From a virus, in the IMG/VR virus record IMGVR_UViG_3300027917_000041, positions 1 to 64,000 of that record: a DNA stretch of 64,000 nucleotides; one strand, 5' to 3'. Below, one piece after another: positions 47,085 through 58,300 of this stretch (position 1 is its first letter; each line of letters opens with the position of its first letter). Under the pieces are notes generated by a model. The model had not been told where the DNA came from. It ran no database searches and saw nothing but the letters and a program-made list of their open reading frames with translations. The position numbers were made by a program, and so were the translations under genes.

Positions 47085-48266
47085 ATGGCTAAAAGATTAG
47101 CAATCGCATCTAAGGAACTACAGCTTAGAATTGTTGGGCCGTTCGACTCATTCTTTGCTTCAAGAATCCAGCGATTAAGTATGAACACCGATATTCCTAC
47201 AACACAGATCGATGAGTTAGGTAACGCTAACCATGTTGGTACAGTTACCGACATTCCAGCTATTACTTTGACTTTCTCTGCATTCGATGTAGGTATTAAT
47301 ATCTTCGCTACCCTAACAGGTAACGATCCAGATGCATATCCGGGTGCTGGTGTAGACATTGGTGATCTTGGTGAGATTGATGCTATATTTTATGTGAAGG
47401 ATGCTAACCTAGCTAATTACGCTAAGTCAGCTCACGCTAGACGTTTACAGATTCGTGACTTTACGTATAACTATTCTGTAGACGGTGAATCTACTGAGGA
47501 ATATACAGCGGTGGGTTCAGAAAAGCGTTGGTTCAAGAACCAAGTTGTTGTTGACAAATTCACTACAGGTACTACATCATTCACTCTAAGTGAGACACCT
47601 GTCACATTGCTTAACGGTAATGAACTATTGACAGTAGTCCTTGATGGTAGTTATCTAACAGAAGTTGCAGCTGGCCCGGCAACGGGTGAGTATAGCGTAT
47701 CTGGTACAACTCTAACAACTGGCGACACACGTACAGCTCAAGTAATTGCTGTATATCAAGTGGCGTTTGCTGGTGGTGAGTGGTCAGATATTAGCGACAC
47801 AGAATCAGCAGTTGCTATTCGTGGTAAAGACGTACAAGTACTTATCGGTGTAAACAGCCAAGAAAGAGTACAGTCGGTTACAATCAACGGTACACTGAAT
47901 GTTCAGCCCGTAAGGGAAATGTACAATCAGAACATTGTTGGCTACCAAAGCCAAGTACCGACAGTTGAAGGTACTGTGACAGTTTTGGATACTGATACTG
48001 ATTTGATCGACTTGCTTGTAACAGGGCAAGATGTATCTGGTCAGACAGAATTCGAGCTGGCTGGTAGCTGTGCTGTTTCTGGTCTTGCTCTTGAAATTAA
48101 GCTGTACGATCCATGCGACACTTCAACAGTACTTAAGACCGTGTACGTGCAATCAGTACGTATTGTTGGTGACTCATTCACTCACAACGTGAACGAGAAC
48201 GCCGTTCAAACATTCAACTGGCAATCAACAGACGCTAGTGTAGTAATCTACTCTGGTGCTAGATAA
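47085..48266 (+). CDS. major tail tube protein
   Basis: beta-rich T/S/G/V protein, strong RBS, precedes chaperones and TMP. Confidence 0.7.
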   Translation: MAKRLAIASKELQLRIVGPFDSFFASRIQRLSMNTDIPTTQIDELGNANHVGTVTDIPAITLTFSAFDVGINIFATLTGNDPDAYPGAGVDIGDLGEIDAIFYVKDANLANYAKSAHARRLQIRDFTYNYSVDGESTEEYTAVGSEKRWFKNQVVVDKFTTGTTSFTLSETPVTLLNGNELLTVVLDGSYLTEVAAGPATGEYSVSGTTLTTGDTRTAQVIAVYQVAFAGGEWSDISDTESAVAIRGKDVQVLIGVNSQERVQSVTINGTLNVQPVREMYNQNIVGYQSQVPTVEGTVTVLDTDTDLIDLLVTGQDVSGQTEFELAGSCAVSGLALEIKLYDPCDTSTVLKTVYVQSVRIVGDSFTHNVNENAVQTFNWQSTDASVVIYSGAR

Positions 48267-48304
48267 ACCTAAAGACAACTGAATAAATAAGATCATACGG
48301 TAAA

Positions 48305-48369
48305 GGATTAGTTAGAATATAAGGGGTCTGATAGAAAAAGCGATAGCTAATCTGTTCAGACTCCTTTTT
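48305..48369 (+). terminator. terminator-like hairpin with alternative/pseudoknot pairing
   Basis: AAGGGGTCTGA/TCAGACTCCTT + T tract; upstream GGATTAGTTA pairs with loop TAGCTAATCT. Confidence 0.55.
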
Positions 48370-48388
48370 ACTTAAATGGAGAGGTAAA

Positions 48389-49117
48389 ATGAATGATATT
48401 GAAAAGAACGACGTAGATATTAGTAAGTTATTCCAGTGGGGTGATAGTATGGAATTACAAACCCCTAGTGGAAAGACCATCACAGTTTGGATGCGTATCA
48501 TAGGTGACTCGGAAACCAACAGGGCTAGGGTATATGCTCTAAGACAAAGTGCAGACCTACGCAAGAAGCTTAAGGATGAAAACTCTGATGAGCGTATTGC
48601 TATGATACCCGAACTGGACGAAACTGATAAAGACAAAGTTATTGAAATTCTATTGGCTTTGAACATCAAGGAACTTACAGATAGGGCATACGAGAACATG
48701 GATATTAAATATCCTAAAGAACCAGCTTCGGATGCCTCTCTAGAAGAACAAGAACAATACCAAGCTATCATAGATGGTTTTCCAAAATACGTCGAGGAAA
48801 GGACAAACGAAATCTTAGAAAAAGAGATTAATAGGGAACGCAAAAACTTAGCTGGCGTATCTATTGAAGGTCTAAAGCAAATGTATTTTGACTTGTTGCT
48901 TAGACAGCTTTGTGAAACAGAAATGTACAAATCTTTCCAAGACATGACCGTTTACTTTGCTTGCTATAAAGACCCGGATTACACAGAACGATTATTTAGC
49001 AGCTTTGACGCATTTGATAATTTACCAACGAGTGTCAAAGAAGTCCTAGCTACATTCTATGGTACTCTTACTATAGATATTGATAACTTAAAAAAATCGC
49101 CAGAAGTAATGCAATAG
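48389..49117 (+). CDS. tail assembly chaperone (G-like)
   Basis: between tube and TMP; slippery A-AAA-AAA near end. Confidence 0.7.
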   Translation: MNDIEKNDVDISKLFQWGDSMELQTPSGKTITVWMRIIGDSETNRARVYALRQSADLRKKLKDENSDERIAMIPELDETDKDKVIEILLALNIKELTDRAYENMDIKYPKEPASDASLEEQEQYQAIIDGFPKYVEERTNEILEKEINRERKNLAGVSIEGLKQMYFDLLLRQLCETEMYKSFQDMTVYFACYKDPDYTERLFSSFDAFDNLPTSVKEVLATFYGTLTIDIDNLKKSPEVMQ

Positions 49118-49386
49118 TAAGTTTATGGACGTTATCTAAAGCATTACAGATACCCCTAGATAAAAAATTGAGCGAACTTCGAGATATACCCTATACTATC
49201 TCTTTCGTCATAAAGAAACGTATACAAATAGATAATCTAAACCAACTGCCGAAGGAAAAACGTCCTCCTGAGTGGATGATATGGGATAAGCCACCGGAGC
49301 AGATCGAGGAATGGATCGATAAAGTATTTAATCGAAAGAAAGAGGAAACGGCAGAAGTAGTAATTATGGAGCATGAGATAGAATAA
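49090..49386 (+). CDS. -1 frameshift extension of the tail chaperone (GT-like)
   Basis: -1 frame open from 49090 through ORF 49168-49386. Confidence 0.7.
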   Translation, partial: KKIARSNAIVSLWTLSKALQIPLDKKLSELRDIPYTISFVIKKRIQIDNLNQLPKEKRPPEWMIWDKPPEQIEEWIDKVFNRKKEETAEVVIMEHEIE

Positions 49387-52300
49387 TGCCACAGAATCTA
49401 AGTTACATAGAGCGAGAGTTAGCTAATCTAAGCAGACAAGCTAAGGACGCTACTACCCAAATGAACCTTTTGGAGAAAGCGTTAGCAAATGTCATTAGAA
49501 CTAGCACTAAGGGTGGTGGTGTAGCTTCACCTGTAAGCGTAGAGCGTGTAACACAGCAAACGCTTTCTTCTGGTTTAAGTCCTGCGGGTGCACCTGTAGG
49601 TAATAGGGCTATTGTTGGTAGTGAAGTAACGCCTAAAGTTGAGGGTATTCTAAGAGAGTACGGAAGGCTAGAGGCTGAGGTAGCATTACTACAGAAACAA
49701 ACAACACAGTTAAATGCGGCTAGTGCTCGTCTAGCTCAAGCTCAAGAAGAGGCTTCTGGTATTCTATTCAGCGAACAGCAGATAAATGCTAGGAAGGTGG
49801 CAGCTGCCGAAAGGCAAGCAGCTGCTGAACAAACTCTAGAAAGTCAACTAAATAAGCTACGTATAGAATCAGAAGATCAGTTACGTGCTTGGCAAGAAGA
49901 TACACAAGCTACTAAAGACCTATCCAGAAAGAAGAAAGAAGCTGTTACTAAGTTAGGAGAAATGAGCCGCACTATAGATGCGGAAGGCTTTGCACGCCCC
50001 GGAGGTAAAACCGCTGGTGGTGGAGGAGCAGAGCAAGCAGCTCCTAGATATACACAAGCCGACTTAGATAAAATATTCTCTAGACAGGCTGTAACAAACA
50101 TCGGGCAAACAGCTGGACAGTATCAGTTTAGTCCAGAAAATATTAAGCGAATCACAGAATACGCAAACTCATATAAGCAACTTCAATACGAAGCTCAAGG
50201 TGCTAACGGGGTTATGCGTAAATTGGTTTTAACTGTAGACCAAGCTGGAAACGTATTTACAAGTACACAGAAACAGTTCCGTACATTCTTTAGTGCTATT
50301 CGCCGTAATGTTGGTGAAATGATTAAGTGGTCAACTGCGACACTTTTGGTATGGGGTTCTATCCGTAAATTGGGTGAACTACTACAAATAGCAATCGACA
50401 ACGAATCTAAGTTAGCAAGTATCGCGGTTATCCTAGGCGAAGAACACACAAATCTAACACAGGTATTCAATGCAGCTGCGGACGCGGCATCTGCTACAGG
50501 TGAAAGTATTGATGGTGTTCTTGATGGTTATGTACAGGCGTATCGTGCTACTGGTAACATCACTAATGAGACAGAAAGAGCAGCTCAAGCACAAGCATTA
50601 TTAACAGACGCACTTACATTGTCTAAGCTATCTAGCTTATCAACAGCACAAGCTATGGATACTTTGACAGGTGCTTTAAGACAGGCAGGTTTAGGCTTTG
50701 ATGAAGGCTATGTACTACTAGATAAGTGGGTTGCCGTATCTAGACAAGCTAATGTAGGTATTGAAACATTAGCCGAATCCTTTGCGATTACGGCTACTTC
50801 TGCGTCTAACGCTGGCTTAGAATGGGATGAACTAAATGGTATAATAGCCACCCTAGCTGAGTCTACAACGTTATCAGCTACCGAATCTGGTAACGCTATC
50901 CGTGCTTTTATATCTGGTTTCACTACAGATACAGCCGTAAAAGAACTAACAAAGTTTGGTATTGCTGTAACTGATAAAACAGGAGAAACTAGAGGTTTCC
51001 TTGACGTAATGAAGGAAATTTCAGCATTGTTTGAGCAGGGGATTATTACGGAATCTGAATTGAATAAAATCTCAAGGGCTATTGGTGGTGGTGCTCGTCG
51101 TGAGGCGCAGGTTGCCACAACAATCAAGAACTTGGGCAGAGCACAGGAAGTAGCTGCAATATCAGCTCAGGCGAATGGAGACGCACAAAGAGCTTTGGCT
51201 ATCCAATTGGATACAGTACAGACAGCACTAACTAAGCTAAATAACTCCTTCCAAAAGTTAGCCCGTACAATGGGTGCTGAGGGTGGTGTACTTGAAGCTG
51301 CTGGTACTGTGCTTGACATATTCACAAAGATGGTAGATGCAACGTCAACACTTGTAAAGAACTTGGGAGACATTACACCAATTCTTGCAGGTATGGCTTT
51401 AGTATTTGCAGCTACATCTAAGGAAACAAGAGGACTATTTGCTACAAACCTAATTGGTGGTATTGGACAAACTATCAACAGATTTACAGGACGTGGTGAT
51501 ATATCCTTAGAAGATCAAAGACTTCTAGCAGCTTCACAAGGTTTGACAGCTGCACCCGGAGCACAGGTTGGTTTAGGTACAAGAGTATCTAATAGGCTAC
51601 TTGGGCCGGGTTACGGTAGAAATGCTGGTTCATTAGCTGGACAAGCATTGGCTGGTGGTTTTACTCTATATTCAGCAGGTAGAGATATTCAGCAAGGTAA
51701 CGTAGAAGGGGCAGCTGGTTCAGTGGTTGGTGGTATCATTGGTGGTTTACTAACAGGTGGTTCACCTGTAGGTATTGTAATTGGTACAGCAGCTGGTGAA
51801 GCTTTTGCTAACGCCACATTCGGATATAAAGCAGAGTTCACTAGATTCTTCCAAGATATCTTTGACGAAGGTGGTAAAGACATCATAGACCCTGAAAAGA
51901 CAGGGGCAGACCTATCAGCAGCTACCGAAGAAGTATTCAAGCAGTACGGTGGTGGAAGCACAGCTATTGGTAAGTTCTTCGCTAACTTAGGTGCTGGTGT
52001 ACTAAATCTAGGTTACGGTGCTGGACAGGCTCTAGGTACACTACCTGCTACTGCACCTAACGCTAGAATTACAGCAGAGACATTAGCCCTATCTGGACGT
52101 GGGGCATTTGGTGATATCAGTGCCGCGGCTGGAAGTGTGTACGAACTACAAATAGCCCAACAAGCTCTACGAGGACAGACAGCCGGGGAAGTAAAGCCCG
52201 GAGCTTTCAAGTTCGCTGTAACAGATGAACAGGAACAGTTACTAAAAGAATATAGAGACTTCCTAACAGACTTAGAACTAACACAGGCTGAGATATTCCG

Positions 52301-53918
52301 TGCGGGTGCTATTGCTGGCGAGATTTCAGATAAGGACTTGAGAGACGCTTTAGATAAGATTCCTAACCTACAATCTATTCTAACTAAGTACTTTGTAACC
52401 TTTGGTGAAGAATTAATCAATGCATCTGACGAAGTAACAGGTGTGACAGACGCTTTTGAGTACATGACTAACATCATCGTTAATGGTTCTACAGAACAGA
52501 TACAGTACTTGAATGCCACAGCACAAGAGATTGCAGGTATTAGAAACGCTATAGAAGCTGCTGATGCAGCTGGTACAGACCAAGTTATCTTAGGTTTTGA
52601 TGACCCAAGTACTACAGATGTAGATGAAAGAAGAATAGTATCTAGAGCAGTGGCTATGCAGGAAGCTGCCGAAATTGCTCAAGGTGCTGTTACATCCCTA
52701 CTTACACAAACTAGAGAACTAAACCAAGCACGTATTGATATTCCGGGTATCGTAAATCTTGATGTAAATGAAGAAGATTTTGACGTTATTCTACAATATG
52801 CTGAGTCTATCCAAGATAGATTTTGGGAAGGGTTCTGGTCAGAGGGTATTCTAACTGACTTTACAGAAGCAGACTTAGAAGATACACTAGCACCGTTCAT
52901 GCTAAAGGCTGGTCAAGATGGTGGTATGAAGTACGTAGAAGGCTTCAACCAAGCACTAATTCAGCAAGCAGCTAGTGAACTTATAGAACAAGGTATAATC
53001 GAAGAAAACAAACCTGCTGATAGAAGGGGATTGCAATCATTTGATATCCCATCAAGTCAACTACCTTCGGTTATGGCACGTTATCAACAGTTGGTAAATA
53101 TCACTGGTCAGGCTGGTTACTCACCTGATGAGGAAACTTTCGCAGCTCTGTTTACTGATTACATTGCTATGCCTATCACAGCAGACCTAACTTTGTTGAA
53201 CATCGCTATGCAGGAATTGATTGATGTAAATAAGAAAGAACTTGATGGTATCTATAACCTACCCACAGACGCTAGTTTCTACGTACCATTTACAGGCTAT
53301 AGAGAGGGCTTTGTAAATCAAGGTGGAGGCGGTGGAGCAGGATTATTAGAAGGATTGGGTGCTGGTAACTTCCCTCTATCCGAAGCCGAAATAGAAGCTA
53401 GAAAAGAGAAATTCTTAGCAGAATATCCAAGATACGAATTACCTGAGCAACTTGGGCCTCCTGTACCAGAAGGATTCTTTGGTAAACCATTAGGGCCTCC
53501 TACACCTGCAACATCTAAATATGACTATCCATCTGAGGGTGAAAGATTTAGAGGTCTAACACCCGAAATGTATGGTTATGAAGCTCCAGATACTCCTTTG
53601 ATTTCGCCTCCTATTTGGCTAAAAAACCTATTTGAACAAGGCCGCGATGCAATTGGAGCAATCGAACCACCTGTACTTCCGGGGGCTGATGCAGCTGGTC
53701 AAATTATTACTGACCTAGGTAACTTACTAAAGTCTCTATTTGGTTTAGAAGGTGAGGATTCTACAATTACTACAAAACTACAAATTGAAAGCACTACAAA
53801 TACTATCGTTCAACTTGATGGACAAGTTATAGCCAATGCTATTAAGCCTTACCTATTGAATGATGAAGTACGATACGAAGGTACAGCGGGCAGTGCTGTA
53901 AAGAGATTCGTAATCTAG
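49386..53918 (+). CDS. tape measure protein
   Basis: 1510 aa, Ala/Gly-rich helical, TP901-like core (SGNAIR, L...GI.V....G..R). Confidence 0.9.
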   Translation: MPQNLSYIERELANLSRQAKDATTQMNLLEKALANVIRTSTKGGGVASPVSVERVTQQTLSSGLSPAGAPVGNRAIVGSEVTPKVEGILREYGRLEAEVALLQKQTTQLNAASARLAQAQEEASGILFSEQQINARKVAAAERQAAAEQTLESQLNKLRIESEDQLRAWQEDTQATKDLSRKKKEAVTKLGEMSRTIDAEGFARPGGKTAGGGGAEQAAPRYTQADLDKIFSRQAVTNIGQTAGQYQFSPENIKRITEYANSYKQLQYEAQGANGVMRKLVLTVDQAGNVFTSTQKQFRTFFSAIRRNVGEMIKWSTATLLVWGSIRKLGELLQIAIDNESKLASIAVILGEEHTNLTQVFNAAADAASATGESIDGVLDGYVQAYRATGNITNETERAAQAQALLTDALTLSKLSSLSTAQAMDTLTGALRQAGLGFDEGYVLLDKWVAVSRQANVGIETLAESFAITATSASNAGLEWDELNGIIATLAESTTLSATESGNAIRAFISGFTTDTAVKELTKFGIAVTDKTGETRGFLDVMKEISALFEQGIITESELNKISRAIGGGARREAQVATTIKNLGRAQEVAAISAQANGDAQRALAIQLDTVQTALTKLNNSFQKLARTMGAEGGVLEAAGTVLDIFTKMVDATSTLVKNLGDITPILAGMALVFAATSKETRGLFATNLIGGIGQTINRFTGRGDISLEDQRLLAASQGLTAAPGAQVGLGTRVSNRLLGPGYGRNAGSLAGQALAGGFTLYSAGRDIQQGNVEGAAGSVVGGIIGGLLTGGSPVGIVIGTAAGEAFANATFGYKAEFTRFFQDIFDEGGKDIIDPEKTGADLSAATEEVFKQYGGGSTAIGKFFANLGAGVLNLGYGAGQALGTLPATAPNARITAETLALSGRGAFGDISAAAGSVYELQIAQQALRGQTAGEVKPGAFKFAVTDEQEQLLKEYRDFLTDLELTQAEIFRAGAIAGEISDKDLRDALDKIPNLQSILTKYFVTFGEELINASDEVTGVTDAFEYMTNIIVNGSTEQIQYLNATAQEIAGIRNAIEAADAAGTDQVILGFDDPSTTDVDERRIVSRAVAMQEAAEIAQGAVTSLLTQTRELNQARIDIPGIVNLDVNEEDFDVILQYAESIQDRFWEGFWSEGILTDFTEADLEDTLAPFMLKAGQDGGMKYVEGFNQALIQQAASELIEQGIIEENKPADRRGLQSFDIPSSQLPSVMARYQQLVNITGQAGYSPDEETFAALFTDYIAMPITADLTLLNIAMQELIDVNKKELDGIYNLPTDASFYVPFTGYREGFVNQGGGGGAGLLEGLGAGNFPLSEAEIEARKEKFLAEYPRYELPEQLGPPVPEGFFGKPLGPPTPATSKYDYPSEGERFRGLTPEMYGYEAPDTPLISPPIWLKNLFEQGRDAIGAIEPPVLPGADAAGQIITDLGNLLKSLFGLEGEDSTITTKLQIESTTNTIVQLDGQVIANAIKPYLLNDEVRYEGTAGSAVKRFVI

Positions 53919-53930
53919 GAGAGATAACAA

Positions 53931-54296
53931 ATGCCTGATTGGAGCTACGCTGGATATAGAATATTCGTTCAGGAATATCAATCTGGACACAAGCAGATTC
54001 TTCCTCGTCTAAACCCTATAGGTGGTGGTACTGTAATTCAACAGTTTGGTTATGATGAGCGTATTTTGAAGATAAACGCCTACGTAGTAGGTTTTTCAGA
54101 TATGACACAAATACGTTTATTGACAACTTCCGGAATATCTTTTGATTTAGCTACTCCGATGGAAGGCACTTATGCTTATTATTGTAATGATGTACAAGAT
54201 AAGTTAGTGAATTCTATATGCCAAACTCTTAGACCTGATTTACCAGAAGATTCACCTGTATATCAAGTAGACTTGGAGCTTTATTACGATGGCTGA
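53931..54296 (+). CDS. putative distal tail protein
   Basis: 121 aa after TMP. Confidence 0.55.
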   Translation: MPDWSYAGYRIFVQEYQSGHKQILPRLNPIGGGTVIQQFGYDERILKINAYVVGFSDMTQIRLLTTSGISFDLATPMEGTYAYYCNDVQDKLVNSICQTLRPDLPEDSPVYQVDLELYYDG

Positions 54297-55305
54297 TATT
54301 CTTTATGCTAGTATTCCCGGCTTTACACAAATAGAATCTGTTAATGTTGCTACTCAGCATCAACAGTCTGTATCTACGGCTACTATTAAATGCTTGGGTA
54401 CTACTAAAGATGTTGGCGATCAAGTAAATATTGACTTAGGTTATACAACAAACCACGGTCATGTTTTTAAAGGCTATGTAAAACAAATTGAACAAGTTTC
54501 ACCGAACGCAGAATATCAAGTTACTTGTCACGATGTTATGTCAAGAGCTATAGATTATTTCTTTGTTCCTGATAATCCAGATGCACCTTTTAGGCGTGCC
54601 AACATTTCAGCGGAGGATTTGATAGAAGATGTTCTTAGAGAAGCCGGACTTACAAGTTTTGATTTTGATTCTACTTCTTTTACATTCGCTGTTACTGCCG
54701 GAGTCTATGCCGAAGTTAAACTTATCTCAGCTTATGACTACGCAAACGGTGTTAGTGATCTTATCGCTTGGCATATGTGGGCTGATCCTGCTACTGGCAC
54801 TATCAAGCTAAAGAATAGAAAACCCTATTGGATGGCCGCAGGTAGCCCCGAAGCTTCACAACCGGGATATACAGCGGATACAGCATTGAAAACACTTGCA
54901 GATGGTATTGGCGGTACAATCATCAATGCTCGTTATTATGAACATGAAAGAGACTTAAGAAACAGAGTAGTAGTACACGGTGCTCCGGGTACAAGTGCTA
55001 CAGCCACAGCATCAAGCCCTTACTTACCAGCTGGTTACTATAAGTCAGCTGCGCTGTACTGGCCCATTTTAGATAGTCAGTCAATGGCAGATAAAGCAGC
55101 TTCGTACAACCTAAGTTTGCTAAACAGACTTTCTATAGGCTTAGAACTAACCGTAGTTGGAGATCACGAACTACTAGCACATGAAGCGGTACACGCTACA
55201 GTAGACAGTATTTCAGTAGATGATGACTTTTATATTTATTATGCAGAGCACAACTGGTCTGCCAAAGGATACACAACAACATTAGATTTACGAGCTAAGG
55301 AATAG
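54289..55305 (+). CDS. putative baseplate hub protein
   Basis: F.G.V, C.D, RNRVVV.G, H......Y.T.L pattern. Confidence 0.6.
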   Translation: MADILYASIPGFTQIESVNVATQHQQSVSTATIKCLGTTKDVGDQVNIDLGYTTNHGHVFKGYVKQIEQVSPNAEYQVTCHDVMSRAIDYFFVPDNPDAPFRRANISAEDLIEDVLREAGLTSFDFDSTSFTFAVTAGVYAEVKLISAYDYANGVSDLIAWHMWADPATGTIKLKNRKPYWMAAGSPEASQPGYTADTALKTLADGIGGTIINARYYEHERDLRNRVVVHGAPGTSATATASSPYLPAGYYKSAALYWPILDSQSMADKAASYNLSLLNRLSIGLELTVVGDHELLAHEAVHATVDSISVDDDFYIYYAEHNWSAKGYTTTLDLRAKE

Positions 55306-55307
55306 GA

Positions 55308-58300
55308 ATGGCACAACAGACAATTAATGTTCAGATAAAACACGGTAGTAACGACATTACAAATACCGTAATATCTTACAACAGACAGGGTAGCATTTGT
55401 ACCGGAGTTACACAGCTTACCCTAACTTTGGATACACCACATGCACCTTCAATTAATGTTTGGGATGTTATCAAGCTGTACGAAGAAGGTGTACAGCATG
55501 GTAAGTTTAGAGCGTTGGATATTAGTCGTAATGAACGTGGTGAAACGATAGTAGAATGTCAAGATGAAAGTGTAAGATTGACAGATTACTTTATTACAGA
55601 ATCCTACTATATTGATTATCCATCATATACTAAGACTTGGATTGATAAGTTTTGTGCTGAGGCAGGAGTAACCGTATCGTATACAGCTGCCGGGAGTGGC
55701 GTACTTGTTAGTGAAAACACAAGTATAGGTGTGGCATCTGCCTATGATGTGATAATGCAGATGTGTCAATACACAGGTTGGTACTTTTATTTCGATAATG
55801 ATGGTACTATGATCATAGGTGATTTGGACAAAAACTATGGGAGTACAGATTTAAGTGTCAACGAAAGCAAAATATTACAATTCGACCAATACATCGATGA
55901 TAGCTTTTTACGTAATGAGGCTCATGTTTGGGGTAATGCTCAAAAAGATCAAAGTTGGGTGCTTGCAAAAGCACATGTAACTACACCTTGGGATAGAGGC
56001 CCAAAGGATCGTAGACCAATCTTATACGCTAATAGTAATATACATTCAATTTCAGCAGCTTACAGTATAGCCTATAAAATGTTAGACGAGTTTGCTCATT
56101 TGAAAAATGAGAAAGTAGTCAAGCTCGCGGGAGGTTATGATGTCGAGTTAGGTGATTTAGTACACGTAAGTTGTCGTCAATGGACTGGAAAAGGACTAGT
56201 AACAAGTATTCAGTCTGAGGCTAGTAATAAGGGTTACATAACTACACTTTCAATAGATGAACGCTGTCCTAGACTACTTGGTTACTTTGGATTTAGTGAT
56301 TGGGTTTACACAGGACATGATACCAATGGTGTATGGCGTAAGGAAATTTTAGGAAGTACTTGGGAAGATTTTTCAACGGGGTTAGAAGATTTACACGTAA
56401 CAGACCTAATTATTAAGAGTAACATGTTTGCTTGTGTAGCTGGTGGAGAAATGTACTGGCAAACAGGTACTACAGCATCATGGAATAAATACACACCGGA
56501 AGGTTTTGTAGATGCAGAAGGTTACTCATATCCACCAGAATCATTTGAATGTGTAGCTGTAGATATTGATACTTACACAAATCATATATACGCAATATAT
56601 AAGTTTACACAAGCTGTTGAGGACTTTGCAGGGGTGCAACGCACATTCGTAGAACAGGTTGCTTGGGGTACACGTATAGCTTACACAGAAGTACATTTTG
56701 TATATGATGGTACAGCCTACCAAGACATTGAAGCTGTAGACATAATGCACTATGACTCAGGTGAAGTACTACCAACAGCAATAGCTCCATCGTTGTATGC
56801 CCTACTAAACAATCCAGAAGCATTATTTGGTACACGTAAAACCAATTGGAATATAGTACCAGACGCTAATAGTTTTGTATTTGGGCCTCTTGCTAATGAT
56901 GAATTAGATGGTGGTACGTTTGACTATATAAGTAACAACTTTGGTTCTCATGTGCTTTGGGATAATAACTTAGGTATTTCAGTAAACAAGTACAATCAAT
57001 TTTGCCTATTCAACTACAAAGAATACCCACCGGGAGACGCTTTAGCAAGACTATCCTACTCTGGAAATGGATGGGTACTGGAAACGCTGGCTTTACCCGG
57101 CTTAAATAACTACTGGCCCACAGGAACAGAACGTCTAGCAGCTAGATACATGTATTGGGATGGTGATCCTGATCCAGACGCTAGTGAATTCAAATTAATG
57201 GATGCCGCCTATACAGATGGTACTTTGAAAGTAGCGGTAGTAAATCAAGCTACAATTGGTGGACTTTGCGATTATAAAACACCGTATTTAGAATACTATA
57301 ACTACATTAGTACAGAACATGTAACAGCGTCAGGTGTACAAGTAGTGGATGGTACTGCAACTTCTACAGGCGATATTGTATTTCTAAAAGACCAAGACGA
57401 TCCGGTAGATAATGGTGCTTACTACTGTAGTGATATTGCAGTTTGGTCTAGAGTACCTGATTGGATACCGGGTTCAGGTTTGATTGTACAAGCTAAGTAC
57501 GGTAGTGAAAACTATCACCGTTGTTGGCAGTTGCGTTTCTACAAGCCAGAAGATTTAGAGCTTGAAGTAACAGATTTGAATTTTCAAGAAGTTCTGGATG
57601 TCAGAGAAACATCTTCTGATATGGTGTTTGACCTAAACTTAGCTAATGGGAACGATTCACAAGGTATTTGTGTAACTAAAGTACATGAACCTGTATTCTA
57701 TCATGATAGAATGTTTTGGGTAATGAGATTACATACTTCTGACGACGCTTGTCCTTTTGGACAGTGTGGTTATGGTAATTTAGATTATTACCTAGCTACT
57801 TGTATTGCGGGAGAAATAGGTAAAGGTAATGGGTCTGTAGATGTTAAGTTTCTATATAGAGATACTTATCAAAACAACGCAGCTTCATTGCGTAAAATGA
57901 TACAAGAACTTGAACCAGTCGCTTGCGGACAGGGTGTAGCATTTATTAGTATAAAAGTAGACGCTGAAACAAATAATCCGCTAACTCGTTGGTATTTGGC
58001 TAAAACTGTAATTGATAGTGAGGGAGAGTTTACTTATTCAGAAGCTGACGCTATGATTGTAGCACCATATCCAGACTGTCAAGGAGCAGAATCTACATTA
58101 TCACAAGTACGTAGAATAAAGGATGATATTGCTTGGACAGGGTATGATATTAAGGGTGAAATGATTAACCCTTACTTTAGAGCTACAATTAGAAGTAGAA
58201 GTAACTATTATAATCCTAATTGTTTACATTGTGGAAAGTGGGGTTCACACTACACAGAAACAGCAGTTGTATTAAGAGGTTCCATCTTCCAAGACTGGAT

